A stretch of DNA of 64,000 bases from positions 9,053,875 to 9,117,874 of the forward strand of contig OZ316891.1 of assembly GCA_973895155.1 (NCBI GenBank), in the 5' to 3' direction. The position numbers were made by a program, and so were the translations under genes. Source of the DNA: Marsupella aquatica (Eukaryota > Plantae > Marchantiophyta). Shown piece by piece: positions 52,501 to 64,000 of the stretch (positions are counted from its first letter, which is position 1; each line of letters begins with the position of its first letter). A model generated the notes under the pieces. The model had not been told where the DNA came from, did not search any database, and saw only the letters and a list, made by a program, of their open reading frames with translations.

Positions 52501-53929
52501 TCATGTATCCTGGACTTTCATATACTCAAAAGAGATTGGCTTTACATCCAATGACTTATTACAATTCTCTTTTCCCTAGGTATCAAAGTTTCACTCTTAC
52601 AAATCCATGAGTTTAAGATAAGTTTGATATTTTCAATGCACAATTTTGTATATTTCCTTTTGATTTAGTCTTCCCTCCTAAGCCCAAGATTGGCATGAGA
52701 GAAAGACCCAAAATGGTCAAAAATTAAGTTTGCAAGGAAAAGACAATGAATCATGGTCTTGGGAGTCCACTTGTAAGGCTCCCTCAAAAGGTTGAGATGC
52801 CAAAAGGCTTAAAAACCTACAAACTTTTTCTCATCTAAACTTAAGGTCCTAAAAGGTAAGGTAAGACTAAGACTCTATAAATCTAATTCCTAAAGGTACA
52901 CTAAACTATGTCCCTCTATATCCTACTCTATCTAACTCATGGAAAGGCTCAAGAGGTGAGAAAGAGATGCAAAACAGTTTAAGCAACACATGCCAAGATA
53001 TCCCGGAGAATCGGTTTAGGATATTTTGAAGTTTTTGCTTTTCATGATTTAAGAAATTCTTCATGTAGCCCTTGCAAAAGGCTTTCCAACGAGACCAAAA
53101 GCTCCTCCAACCAACATGGGGCCGATCCACAATCATCCGGCAAAGGTGGTGCAGAATCCTCAAACCGAAATCCCACTAAAAGCGATTTTCTCCGGACTTA
53201 GCTAAAAGCGATTTACTTTGGATTTAGCAGGAAGCAATTCTTCAGTTTGAAATCCCAACTTCTTCACTTCTTTCCAAAACTTCCTTTTGAGGCTCAAAAT
53301 AGGTTAAGGGGTGATTTATTGACTTGGAGAAGCTTTAAGTAAGGCCGAAAAGTTTTAAAATGTACCAATTTCACTCCATAGCTCCTTTTTACCATTCCAC
53401 AAGATACCAGTTCCAGAGTTATTCCTTATGTTCGGATTTCATTCCAAATCCAGATATCACCCCAATCCGGATTTCACTTACATTCTCACTCCTCTATACT
53501 TCCTTGTTGGAGTGCTTCTTTGAATCTCGCATTCCCTTTGCTAGTCAAAATTCTCTTCATTTTTGCAATTAATTGTTTTTGTTCTTTGAAAGGAAAGTGA
53601 TCTTCTTCAAAATCCATAGTCTCCAATGCATGCACGTACTCCAATTGGAAGGCTCTAGAAGCATTAAAGATTGTATATAGTTTGCTTCTTGAGTTTAATG
53701 AATGTTTTTCGTGCTCAGGTTCTTCTGTGGTACCAACGTAACCATTCAAATATGCTCCTTCCATTGTGCTGATTGCACTGCTTCCGTCCACTGTAGACTT
53801 GAATTGATTTGAGACTGCTCGCTCTCAGGGACTTCCTCTCAGGAGGTGTCTCTCTTGAAATGGTCTCCTTTGATTACTTCAATCTCTGTAAAACTCAAAT
53901 CTATCAAAGTACCTTCACTTTTCAGGTCA

Positions 53930-53947
53930 CTCCCCGACAGTGGCGCC
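53930..53947 (-). other. Primer-binding site, tRNA-Asp type
   Basis: TGGCGCCACTGTCGGGGA matches the recalled Athila-type PBS TGGCGCCGTTGCCGGGGA at 15/18 positions and is preceded by a T-run and a CA LTR end. Confidence 0.8.
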
Positions 53948-53955
53948 AAAAAGCG

Positions 53956-56046
53956 TGTGGTAAAGTGGTTAGATTGTTAAATAACACTTTAACTTCTAAA
54001 GACCTGAATTTTTTCCTTTAAGAATTAATGAAAAGCGAATTGATACTGAAAAGAACAAATAGGATGTTAATTGGGCATGACCTTGCCAAGGAGTTCTCTC
54101 TCCATAGGATTGATGATAATCAATGAAGAAAAGCTAACAAAGAAACAAAATGACATGAAAAAGACTAGTGAGAATATCCTTTCAATTGGTCTGTTGCACA
54201 AGGTAATGTAATTTGACGACCTCCAGAAGATCAACAGGACCTTGGCTTTTTAAGAATCAGAATACATTAGAGCTTAAACCATAGCCAAATTTCAGAATGG
54301 ATAACCACATTAAATAACAATTGCAATGGAGAACAATAGCTATGAATCCAAGAATCCTTTCAGGTCAACAAAGTAGGACGATACTGAAATTCTTGATTTA
54401 ATAACTTCTCAACACTACAATCACTAAACTGCCGAGTAGTTTCTCAATTTGATTTTGATTGATGGTCATGGAAATTGAACATTCAATTGTACATACCGCA
54501 ACAATGGTACTTGAACCTTCCCAACCAGTTCCTCTAATTGCTTTGTCTTTCCGGTTGCACTCTCCACAAAAATCCGGACATGCTCCAACTTTGCTGATGC
54601 CATCCACTTCAACTTGATGTCACTCCTGGAAGACTTCCTCTGCTTTCCAGTCTCCGGAGAGCAGGTTCCAGATCTTCAATAGGATCCGGTTCCGGACTCT
54701 GAACTAATCTCTTCCGTGTCCTAGGGGGTCGGACTTCAACAATTGGTTCTTCTTCTGACTCAGTCCCCTTAGATGGCTGTCGATCCGGATCTCCAAGTTG
54801 AGCCAACATGGCTTGGTTCTTGTATTCCTCTGCCTCTTCATCTGTCAGAACCCGGTGCATGGAGTACAGGTTTGCTAGGTAGCACGAAAGCGAGGTGGGA
54901 GTCTTCAAGTGAAGATTCTGGACTTCTTTAGCAATGACTTCCTCCAACACCTTCGCCCAAGAAATCTTCTTCTCACCCACATAGGAAGCAGCAATGGTGT
55001 TCCCAATCCGGATTGTAACACGGTGAGGTTTGGCAGGGGACAGAATGGGTAACAAGAAGGACAAGACATCAAAGAACTCCTCATCCAAGCATTGAGACAT
55101 CTTCCAGCCATCCTTTGGATCTACTTCGCCATCAAAATAGTTGTCAGCGATGTTTTCTTTCGAGGTCAGAAAGCTCTCTCCTTTCAATGGCACATCCAGT
55201 AATGATGAAATGACAGCCGCAGTCCACTTTTTTGGATTTCCTCTGATAGAATCCGGAAAATCCGAAGCAAGGGTGGCACAATTCCGGACCTCCTTCACGA
55301 ACACTGCACTCTGATATCCCCATGGTAACTCCATCAACTTTGCGCAGCCCATGGCCTCAAGGTTCTTCTGTAAATGGCCCTTCCTTTCCGGATCCGTAGG
55401 AATCTCCGGACGCAGCAGCTTCTCGTTAGCAATGATTGTCCACTCCTTAGTCATCCGCTTTGGTAGCGTCCGTATTCTGGATTTGTCCAGGGCAAAATCC
55501 AGATCCTTTCTCTTCACCATGATGAACGAGGGAAAGAAAAAAAATGAATGTCGAACCCTTTCACAAAACTCCAGAAATCTCAAATGATCTGGAATTTGGA
55601 ATCAAAGTGTCACTGCCCCACTCAATCGAATGATCACCCACTTCCCCTGTAACCAACTTCCTTACAACTAATGCCTCAAATTGGCAGCCTCGTCCGGCTC
55701 TATTCTCTCTTGTGACTTCTCGCAAAAGATTTCCGTAGCAATTCGATGGTGTGAGGAATGCTCGGTCTGGCTTGGTCATAAGAACTCGGTCGCCAACTTC
55801 CGGTCTCCGGTCGGATGTCAGACTTATGGTTTTAATATTCATTCTCCCATGCCCTCTCTCATGGTTCAATAGTGCCGCTACTTTAAAGTTCCAAAAGGGT
55901 GCTATCCAGAGATTTTCGGATTTCATACTGCAATTTAGTTTTAATGGTCCTTTTTGGTCTTAGTATACTTCGTTAACCACTAAAAGATGAAAATTTTCAA
56001 AAAAATTTGACTTTTTAATTTCCTTAGTTATAACCATGGCATCACA
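53956..56046 (-). repeat. 5' LTR (~2.1 kb) of the gypsy element, containing an ORF
   Basis: Ends in CA a few bases before the PBS. The other boundary (TGTGATGCC at 56046) is inferred from the motif only; there is no partner LTR to confirm it. Confidence 0.6.
54609..55520 (-). CDS. ~303-aa gypsy accessory-type protein located upstream of the PBS
   Basis: Open from ATG 55520 (MVKRKDL...). Motifs LEAMGCAKLMELPW, IRGNPKKWT, DGWKMSQC, ISWAKVL and an acidic/basic tail. Confidence 0.7.
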   Translation of the reverse strand: MVKRKDLDFALDKSRIRTLPKRMTKEWTIIANEKLLRPEIPTDPERKGHLQKNLEAMGCAKLMELPWGYQSAVFVKEVRNCATLASDFPDSIRGNPKKWTAAVISSLLDVPLKGESFLTSKENIADNYFDGEVDPKDGWKMSQCLDEEFFDVLSFLLPILSPAKPHRVTIRIGNTIAASYVGEKKISWAKVLEEVIAKEVQNLHLKTPTSLSCYLANLYSMHRVLTDEEAEEYKNQAMLAQLGDPDRQPSKGTESEEEPIVEVRPPRTRKRLVQSPEPDPIEDLEPALRRLESRGSLPGVTSS

Positions 56047-56889
56047 CCCTCACCAAGTTTCAATACAGGAAGTGTTGCATTTGAATGATTGGCAGTATCA
56101 TTGTATCCTTCAGCTAATTCCTTTGGAGCTAGGGCAGACACGAAAGATCCTCTCGCACATTCCTTCGGAGGCATGTTTCCCTAAATGTTGCAAAGTGATG
56201 GCAGCGATCAAGATTACAAGAGCATACACAAATTGAAGTGGAGCAAAACTAAACTGCAAGCAAACACTGGCAGCCTGAGTGTTGTAGAAATTCTGTGAGG
56301 GTGGGGGTCGATGTTGTACAAAGTTGTTGCTGTACTGCAAGAGGAGTTTTTGAGAATGTCACTATCTCTCCTTCATGGTCCGTAGCTGGTTCACGTTTTG
56401 TGAGAGCATTCTATGTACTGGACACTGGAGAAATGAAAGAATGGACGCATCCCCATTTATTACTTAAAAGAGCTCATGAGAACACACATGCTTCTAATTA
56501 ATACATACCAGAGGACTCCTCTATACAAAACATTTCCGCTAGGAGTAAAAGATGAAACCCTTTCTCAAAAAGAGAACAAATTTTCTTTTACAGACTCCAA
56601 AACAATATAGCACTATTGCAAAACCCAAATTGCACTATTGCAAAATTCCATACTACGCAAGGTCTTCCTACACATGTGGTCTATTGGGATCAAAGCCTCC
56701 TGTAAAACTTGTATCAACACCCACAAAATGTAGGTCCTTTGGAATTATTGTAGGAGGTGTATGCACTGGTCCAATTGGCTCCTAGCCAGGCACCTCAACT
56801 GGAATTGACGCCTTCACAAGCACTAGTACACTTCAAGAAGCTCTGGCTGGAGTATGTATGGCCATCTGAATATCTGCTAACTCTTTTTC

Positions 56890-57720
56890 TTATGCAACCT
56901 TGAATTTCTCAAGCTCCCGAGCTCTCCATTGCTTGAAAGAATCTCTGCAATCATCATCCACTTGTGCTGCCCTCATGGTGAACAAATTGTGAATGCTTTG
57001 ATCCTGGAGTAGCTTCAAAAGTTTTGAATTAGTGATTGCCATATCCCTTTCGGCGTAAGCTGCAATCCGAAAAGCAGGCTCCTCACTCTTGAGCTTCTTG
57101 GCAGCCTTGTTGCCCATGGGTTGTCCATTGTTGCTAAATTCCCCAACAATGCTATTATCACAATCATTCGGGTTTATGATTTCTGTAGGCAAATAGGGGG
57201 TGGGGGGTACATTCTCCTTGTCTGTAGGCGATGCCTTCCCCTTATCTGGTGCGGAGTCATTTCCCTTTGCCTTCTTGCCCTTTCGTTTAATCTGCCATGT
57301 CTTCTATAGAATGGGAGAAACTTGGGCAATCTTTCAACAAGTACCAGCAGTCCATGAAAGCAAAATCCTTCCCCTTCGGATGTTGTGCCTGATAATGCTC
57401 TCTTGCCTTCTGCAAAGTATCTTCTTGATTGGAACCAGAAAGCTTGAGATCTTCTACATTGGCATACGAACCTGAAAACTTTGCAATGTCATGCTTCAAA
57501 TCTCCCCATTTGCTCTCCAGTGATCTCGCGTCTCTCTTTTGGGTAGCTCTCGGCCTATGTTGATTGTAGTGGCCAGTGACACGATCCCAAAAAGCTTGAT
57601 TTTTTTGCCCTGCACCCACAATAGGATCCTGTCCTATGTTCACCCACGACATACACAATTGTTTCAACTCGTCAGACTAATTTTTTTGCCAGCTAGCACT
57701 GTTTGCTGCCATCTTTGCTA
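56890..57720 (-). pseudogene. PIF/Harbinger-type Myb/SANT-like (NAM-associated) ORF remnant
   Basis: LCMSWVNIGQDPIVGAGQKNQAFWDRV...RSLESKW...KFSGSY...SGSNQED...FAFMDCWYLLKDCP and PMGNKAAKK, broken by stops. No transposase seen. Confidence 0.8.
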
Positions 57721-58740
57721 GGGACCACTCAAGCTCCAGAACGTGCAGAGCTCGTGCGATGCAACAATGCAGAATCTCGTGCAATGGGACGGTGCAGAAG
57801 CGAGGGAAACTTTTGTTGCAGGATTGGAGTCACTAGGTCCTTGCAACATAGGACCACGGTGGGAACAACGACGATTGAAACCGTTGGATTGAGGCAGGAC
57901 TAGGGAATCTGGGCTGTTGCAACCGGATGCCGTGAAAGAATGCAGCTTCTCCCAGCCCGCTTGTTGAGCGTAGGAGTGCCGTGCCAAGAGGTGGAAAAGG
58001 CGGCTGATATGATTAGGGTACGGGCGCCGGTGGGGGAGGATATTGGTCGCATCCCCGCCAATTGTTGCCTGACCACTCAATATAGCGGACAGGTGGGAAT
58101 GCTCTAATGGAGGAGACATGATCCCAAACGCCAAAAACCCAATCCAGGGGGAAAACAAAGGAAAATATTCGGAACTAAGTACATACGGTTTGTGTCCGGA
58201 TTTGGGAAAGGCCATAACATCAACAATAATGTCCTCTTCAGCGTTTTTCCCCGTTTGTTCAATGTTCATCATTCGGGCGAGAAGGTGTGAAGATCATTCG
58301 GGCGTGTCTGGCTCTACAGAAAGATCATGAGGTTTTAGCACATCAATGTACACTTCAGGGTTTTTCCCCTTCCTTCATGTCTTTCATCATTCGGGCGAAA
58401 ATGGAGACAAGACGGGCAGTAGCTGCTGTTGCAGGAAATCATGACATCGCCTCCCTTTAATGCCACTCATGCCTTTCGGATTGAATTGAATGAAGAGAAA
58501 TGATTTGCACGAAGGTTGAGCAGCTGATTGAGTGTGGAGTGGAATTCAATGTTTGGCGCTAGTGATGGTGGGGAGAGTACGTAAGCTGTCTTGACCATCA
58601 ATTGATTTAATGAACAGCTGCAGAGAACCCATTGAGAGGCTGCATCGCTTCAGCTCTCTCCCAACTTCAACTGAGTCTTGAAGTCCCGGTGATAGAGTCG
58701 ACGACGTGTGAGAGAGAGGTAGGCCCAAGCATTCCTTACA

Positions 58741-61700
58741 ATGTCAGCTGGAGTTGAGGGACCGGAAGAAAGCGGAGGAACGTGTAAGCCAGTGTACAAA
58801 ATTCGTGGACATACTGGGTCCATTCTTTGCTGTGTCACCTCCCGCCATTCTCCAGATGAGATTGTCACTTCCAGTGAGGTTAGTTGTGAGGTAGAGCGTG
58901 GTTGCTCTGGATACACACTCTGTGCTTTATCATGTTCACTCCGGAATTGCACTTCTCTAGCTGATTATCGCTCATCCTTTTACAATGAAATGTCGATAAA
59001 TTGTGACCAACGGATATCGCAGTCTTTTCATGGTGTTACATATTTCGAACGTTCAATACTTTTTGGCAGCATTAGCTTCCTTCGTCTTCAACTTAATTCG
59101 CTATACCCAATTGTACTGTGCTATAGAATAAAGTGATCAGTACCAGAATCGTCCTCAGTCCCGCTACAAGAATTCAAACCATCTATCGCTTTATTTTCTG
59201 TTTCGTGGTTCTCAGGATGGCTCGGTTAGGGTATTTGACTTACGCAGCCAAAGTTGCTCGACTACGCACCAGTGTTTCGGTGGAGAATCAGTTGCATCCG
59301 TCTCTTTAAATCCTGGTGAGGCCGTTTGCCTCAGAATCGTTTCTCAAGCAAATTCAAAATTTGGTTGGGAAGACGAGGACCTGATCTCATTCTCGCCAGT
59401 TGTTCTGTGTGACCTAACCTTATAGTGCTGTCTGCTAAAACATTGTCAGGTGACAAATTTAGAGGGGCTTGTAATCTTTGTCCGTGGTGGATATGCAGGA
59501 AATGCTATGGAGTTCTATGCTGCAGCTGGTTGTGTGGTTTACTGTGTCGATCGTCGTGTGGTATTCGCACTTCCCTTGCAAACAACGTTCGGTTTCTTGT
59601 ATGCATATCTCAGGATTGAAGTAGCTGGAATTTGGAGTGTTTAAGTCCCATACAGTGTCCAAATCCGTGAATTATGGACTTCATATCCTGATGAATAATC
59701 GTCTCAAATTGTGGAGGGATCGTCTGGCAGGGAACTACAGAGATACGACTTCAACCTTGATGAAATTAACCAGGTTCAAAGTCTCTTCTATATCTTCTCA
59801 CTATGATTGTCTTCTGGAAAATTCTTTCGAAGGACAAATTTATTACTTCTTTCATGTTTCCCATGAATCGCTTTTTGACTGACACACAATATGTGCTCTG
59901 CTAGCATAGGTTGTAGTGAATCAGAAGGGATCTTATGTTGCTGCAGCAGACGACAGTGGCGAGATAAAGGTTGATCAAACGCTATCTAGCAACTGCTTGA
60001 TCTGAAGGCCAGTTGTTTAATAAATGTTATTTGATAGCCAGGCCGATTGAATAGCTGCTGTAAAACGGAAGAGGCGCTTAAATCAAAGATGTGTTCGATC
60101 GCAGCCCAGTGTGTGTTTCTATTTTTCTACTGTATTTTCTGCTGAGTTGCTTTCTGTTGGAGTGTGCTAGTACAGTTGAGAGTTTCAAGCTACTCACAAG
60201 CCGTGCTTGCTTGTCTGTGTGCTTCCCATATCCCTGGCATGGCCTACTCCCTATTCAGGTTATCGATGTTCACAAGTACAGACTCTACCGAACACTTCGT
60301 GGAGGCCATACAAATGTATCCAGTTAAAGCCTTCATCTAACTAAGCAGTCAGATTTAAAGATTTACCCTGTTATTTGGAGTGCAAACACGCAATACTGAT
60401 GGTCACATTAATTAGCAGTGTTTTTAGACTCTTTTCATGGGATTTGAGGTTCTTGAAAGTTTTAACAGTCATGAGTAATGTGCTTTCATAACCATGAGCT
60501 GGTCATACCCTGTTTCTGTCTTGCGATGATTTCCTTGACTGTTCCTACAGATATGCAGTGCAGTGCAGTTTCATCCTCAAAAACCATGGGAAGGTAGAAC
60601 CTCTTTGTGCTACTGGCCAAGTATTATCACGCTGCAAAGGATAACTTCAAGCAGATATGAAGTATTCTATACGTTGTTGTAGTTTCTCTGAGGAACTCCC
60701 GACATGTTGTGATAATGAAGTAGGACTCTGCCATGGTAGACAGACATTGTCCAAGATTTTCGAGTTTTGCTGCAAGAATAGTGGTCGGACCAAGAATGAC
60801 TGTATATCTAAGCATGGACCGTTGTTCATTGAACCTGATTTTCTAATTGAGAGTGTGAAAGTTGCTTGAATTGCAGTCATATCAGGGGGATTGGATTCCA
60901 AGATCATCAAGTGGGACTTTTCAAGAGGCAAACATTTGAGATCAGTAGACCTTGGTGAGCATGGACGGGGCTGCTTTTCACCTTGTTTAGTCTTTGATCA
61001 CTTACTGTCTTCGTCCTGACCTGAACCCTTCCCTTGCCCCTTGTTTGGGACCTTGAAATCAGTCTTATTCATAGTTTTATTTTAGTCCCCCTCAACCTCG
61101 TGGCAGAGCTACGAGCACTGCATCTTTGCCTGTGGAAAGTACAAGGGTGTATCTTTCACGCCTTCAAAATGTTGCTGACAGTAAGTTTGTCTTCTGGATT
61201 GTAACAACGTCTTACGGGGCTTATTCTCTTGAATTCGCCTTTCGCAGTTGCAGGCAACGCAAACGTAGGTCAACTATGCAATCCTCCTTTTGTTCATGCC
61301 TTAGCCATTCCTGAAGGTAGTGGTTCTGCGGATAGTGGAAGAGTGGTTGCAGTTGCCCGAGGAGATGGTGCTATAGAAGTCTACGATCCAGGCTTTGAGA
61401 GTGTCAAGCCTGTCGGGAGCAAGGAAACGAAAAATAAGAAAGGCAATCATCAGACCAAGTCAGGTCAGGGTGAGATTGGTGAACCAGCTTTAAGGGTCAA
61501 TGGACTCAGGTGCCACTTGGATGGTCAGCATGGGGGGCACTCAACAGCTGTATCTACTGTGTAAGTTCTCATAGCACCCTCATTATAGCGGGTCCGTTAT
61601 CTTATTCCAAGTCTCTTTGGGATGAAGACCGAGTGGTCTGAAGTCATTTATAAGAATGCTCTTAAAATTGCGTTTTATGGTCTACTACAGTTGACAGGGA

Positions 61701-62700
61701 CAGCCCTGATTCTGAGATCTGGCGGAAAGAGAAATGAGGAATTCACAGTTATGGGAGGGATTGTATTAAGAAGTAAATATTGGCCTAGATATTTGAACTG
61801 ACACTATATTAGAAAAGATGTCTTGCGCCCTTATCCAAGCAATTACACAATTAAGTGCAAGCTGTCAGGTTCTTCGTGAGAGCTAAGTTCGTTCATCTCT
61901 GCATTTCTTTTCTTGTTGTGTAGGGCCTTTGCAGCTTTTGGTGGAAACGAGCACTTTTTGGTGTCTGGGGGCAATGATAAGTTTATAAAACTTTGGAACT
62001 GGAGATCTTCACTTGTGGTTTCTCAGTCAGATAATGGATCTGAGTTAGTACTCAACATTCAACATGGCAAGAAGGTGTGTTTAATCCATCTCTTTCTGTT
62101 AAATATAGCCTGATGGTTCCATGGCCTGATTAGGTCCTGTGGACTTCATATACTGGTAGTGTGCGTCATTCATTTATTCCGTTTTTGAGCTTTCTAATGA
62201 AAACCAGAGAGCTATGCATTTCTATTGAGAAGAATGAACTGGTCTTCAAGACCAATCATACTATCGTTTATTCATATTCTTCTTAACGCAGGAGCTTCTT
62301 CCTGACGACCTTTTCATGAATTTCCTCCTATTCAAACTAAACAAAATCTGCTGGTGATGCACGAGCTTCCATTCCGGCCTGTGTATCTGTGCTTTCATGT
62401 TCTTCCCTTTAGAGTACTCTCCCTTTCCACTATGCAAGATACTTGTCCACGGAAAAAAAAACTATTCATACAATCTCTCTTCCTGTATATCTAAGGTTTG
62501 TCTAATCCCTAGCCTAGAGCGTCTTCCCTCTTTCGCAGATATGAGTCTTTGAAAAGAAGCCGTAGTGAGATACATAATAAGCCTGGCTCGTGTCGTGTTG
62601 GTTGAGACAGATCAACTGGTTGAGTACCATGGATAGGAACAGTGGGAACCTAGCAGTTGCTGATACATCCAAAGTTTTGAGTGTTTATCACATCTTGTGA
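58741..62700 (+). CDS. WDR53: WD40-repeat protein, WDR53-like, 11 exons
   Basis: Exons 58741-58878, 59216-59315, 59499-59560, ~59717-59773, 59910-59969, 60259-60315, 60551-60593, 60877-60954, 61248-61560, 61924-62074 and 62611-62700 splice in frame with GT-AG boundaries. Motifs IRGHTG, SEDGSVRVFD, DEINQ, AAADDSGEIK, GHTNICSAVQFHP..PWE.ISGGLD, LCNPPFVH, SGGND..IKLW, HGKKINWL. Confidence 0.88.
60316..60550 (+). other. Probable U12-type (minor spliceosome) GT-AG intron
   Basis: Donor GTATCCAG. Branch site TTCCTTGAC at 60531-60539, 11 nt before the intron end. No polypyrimidine tract. Confidence 0.7.
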
Positions 62701-64000
62701 GCTCTATTTGAGTTATTGCACAAGATTATGACTTGACATCATGTGCTATTCGTCCAGGTATGTCCAATCACGTGACCTGTCTCTTACTTTATACTTTTCA
62801 CTTTACCAAGCAGTCTCTTGAGTCCAAATTAAAACGAGCTTTCTTGCCAATGGCTGTGGCAATTTTCAAGAAGTTTGGATTGCTGTTCGTATATCATGGG
62901 TTGCAGATATTGATGCCATGTGCATCTTCGCTTGCAAAAAGCTAGTGGGCCTCAATTTAAGACACTGCTAATCCATAGAGGCTACCTTTCCTCTGAGGCT
63001 AATTTCAAATCCGCAAATCCAGCTCTCTTCCAGACAATATTGGGAGTGGTATCGGCATTCTGCAAGATTGTTATTCTGACCAAAGTCTGTTATGTCTTGA
63101 AGATGCACAGAATTTTTTTATCAGAAGAAATTGACTGAATGGTAGAGAACTTACTGTACAGATTGAAATGGTCGCAGTACATTAAAGCTTCCTCAGCAGA
63201 CAGCCTCTCTGAATCTCCTAGACCGCCAGAAGATGTACAGATTTGTGTCACTTCAATTCCATCGTAGTGAGATTCGTTCCACTGTTTACTATAACCTCCC
63301 TGGGTGATGGATGCCCACCTCGTTGAGAGGGTGAAATCAAAATGATTGTCCAGTGTTTTCGAAAGCTTTTCAGTGGATAAGTTTTGCTTTCGTGAAACTC
63401 GCAGGCTCACCATGTTTTATTCTATGATTGCTCGGGCACAAGAATATAAGTACTTTGATTTTTTATACTTTTTTATGAGTTACAACTTTGAACAGATTAT
63501 TTCTACATGTTATCACTTGACAAGCTTATAAATACCAAATTTAAAGAGAGCCAGTATTGTCTGTCCTCGTGCAACGAAACTTCTGACACTTCATCCGTGT
63601 TGATCAGGCTGGTGTATAACAGATCTAAGTTGAAGTGAATAGCGTAATCGTTTCAATAGTAGATGGGCCCCTTTCACAAACTTCCCAGAAGCACAGAAGT
63701 AAACCCGGAATAGAGTTGTATAACAGGTGAAAATGGGCACGCACAAGATCGAATAACTTTCCAAACTGTCAGCTTCAAACTAGTTCTATTGGCCCTCTGT
63801 TCTCTCTTGTCCCAAGTCTCATGCGCTGGGCTCTATGGGAGTTGGCAGTATATTTGCAATCCGCATTTCATCATATGTCTGCCTGACAAAGCCTAGTAAC
63901 GATTTCTCAGTGGGCCCATGTGATTTTCCTACCTTTCTCTATGCTTGTAATGTACAAGAGGCTGCTAGAACCCGACCAAACCATAGCTGTCTAAGGGTGT

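Larger units (their letters stand above)
49870..56046 (-). mobile_element. Truncated Ty3/gypsy (Athila-like) element: 5' LTR, PBS, long leader, decayed gag
   Basis: PBS TGGCGCCACTGTCGGGGA at 53930-53947. Gag fragments (FEAWMENFE, GEARTCY, WFIQGL) with CCHC knuckles (CAICKKMGHYPNEC). No RT or integrase in the window. Confidence 0.8.

Noticed and set aside
63090-64000. Minus-strand gene end
   Set aside because: The 107-aa ORF and upstream frames have no recognisable motifs or convincing splice structure.

Overview
Eukaryotic land-plant genomic DNA; a non-seed plant such as a bryophyte is my inference, not shown. About three quarters of the window is nested transposable elements. These include four Bianca-lineage Ty1/copia copies (one full-length at 16590-23200 with 110-bp LTRs and a GAATA TSD), a second decayed copia, a truncated Athila-like gypsy, five TSD-flanked solo-LTR-like inserts, two LINE 3' ends, a MULE-like MITE and a Harbinger-type Myb ORF remnant. 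There are two host genes: an ASIL/SIP1-type trihelix transcription factor (minus strand, ~25.3-26.2 kb) and an 11-exon WDR53-like WD40 gene (58741-62700) with a probable U12-type intron. Two observations stand out. (1) Several LTRs carry a protein-coding gene inside the LTR itself: an intact 618-aa ORF in a 4.06-kb solo LTR, a ~303-aa ORF in a 5' LTR abutting a PBS, and a decayed ORF in a 2.1-kb solo LTR. Two of these start with a TGTGAC terminal hairpin. (2) An ~8-kb TIR-bounded, TA-flanked Pack-like element carries fragments of Sec61-alpha, presequence protease and probably CaM-dependent NAD kinase. All family assignments come from motifs recognised by eye; no searches were run.
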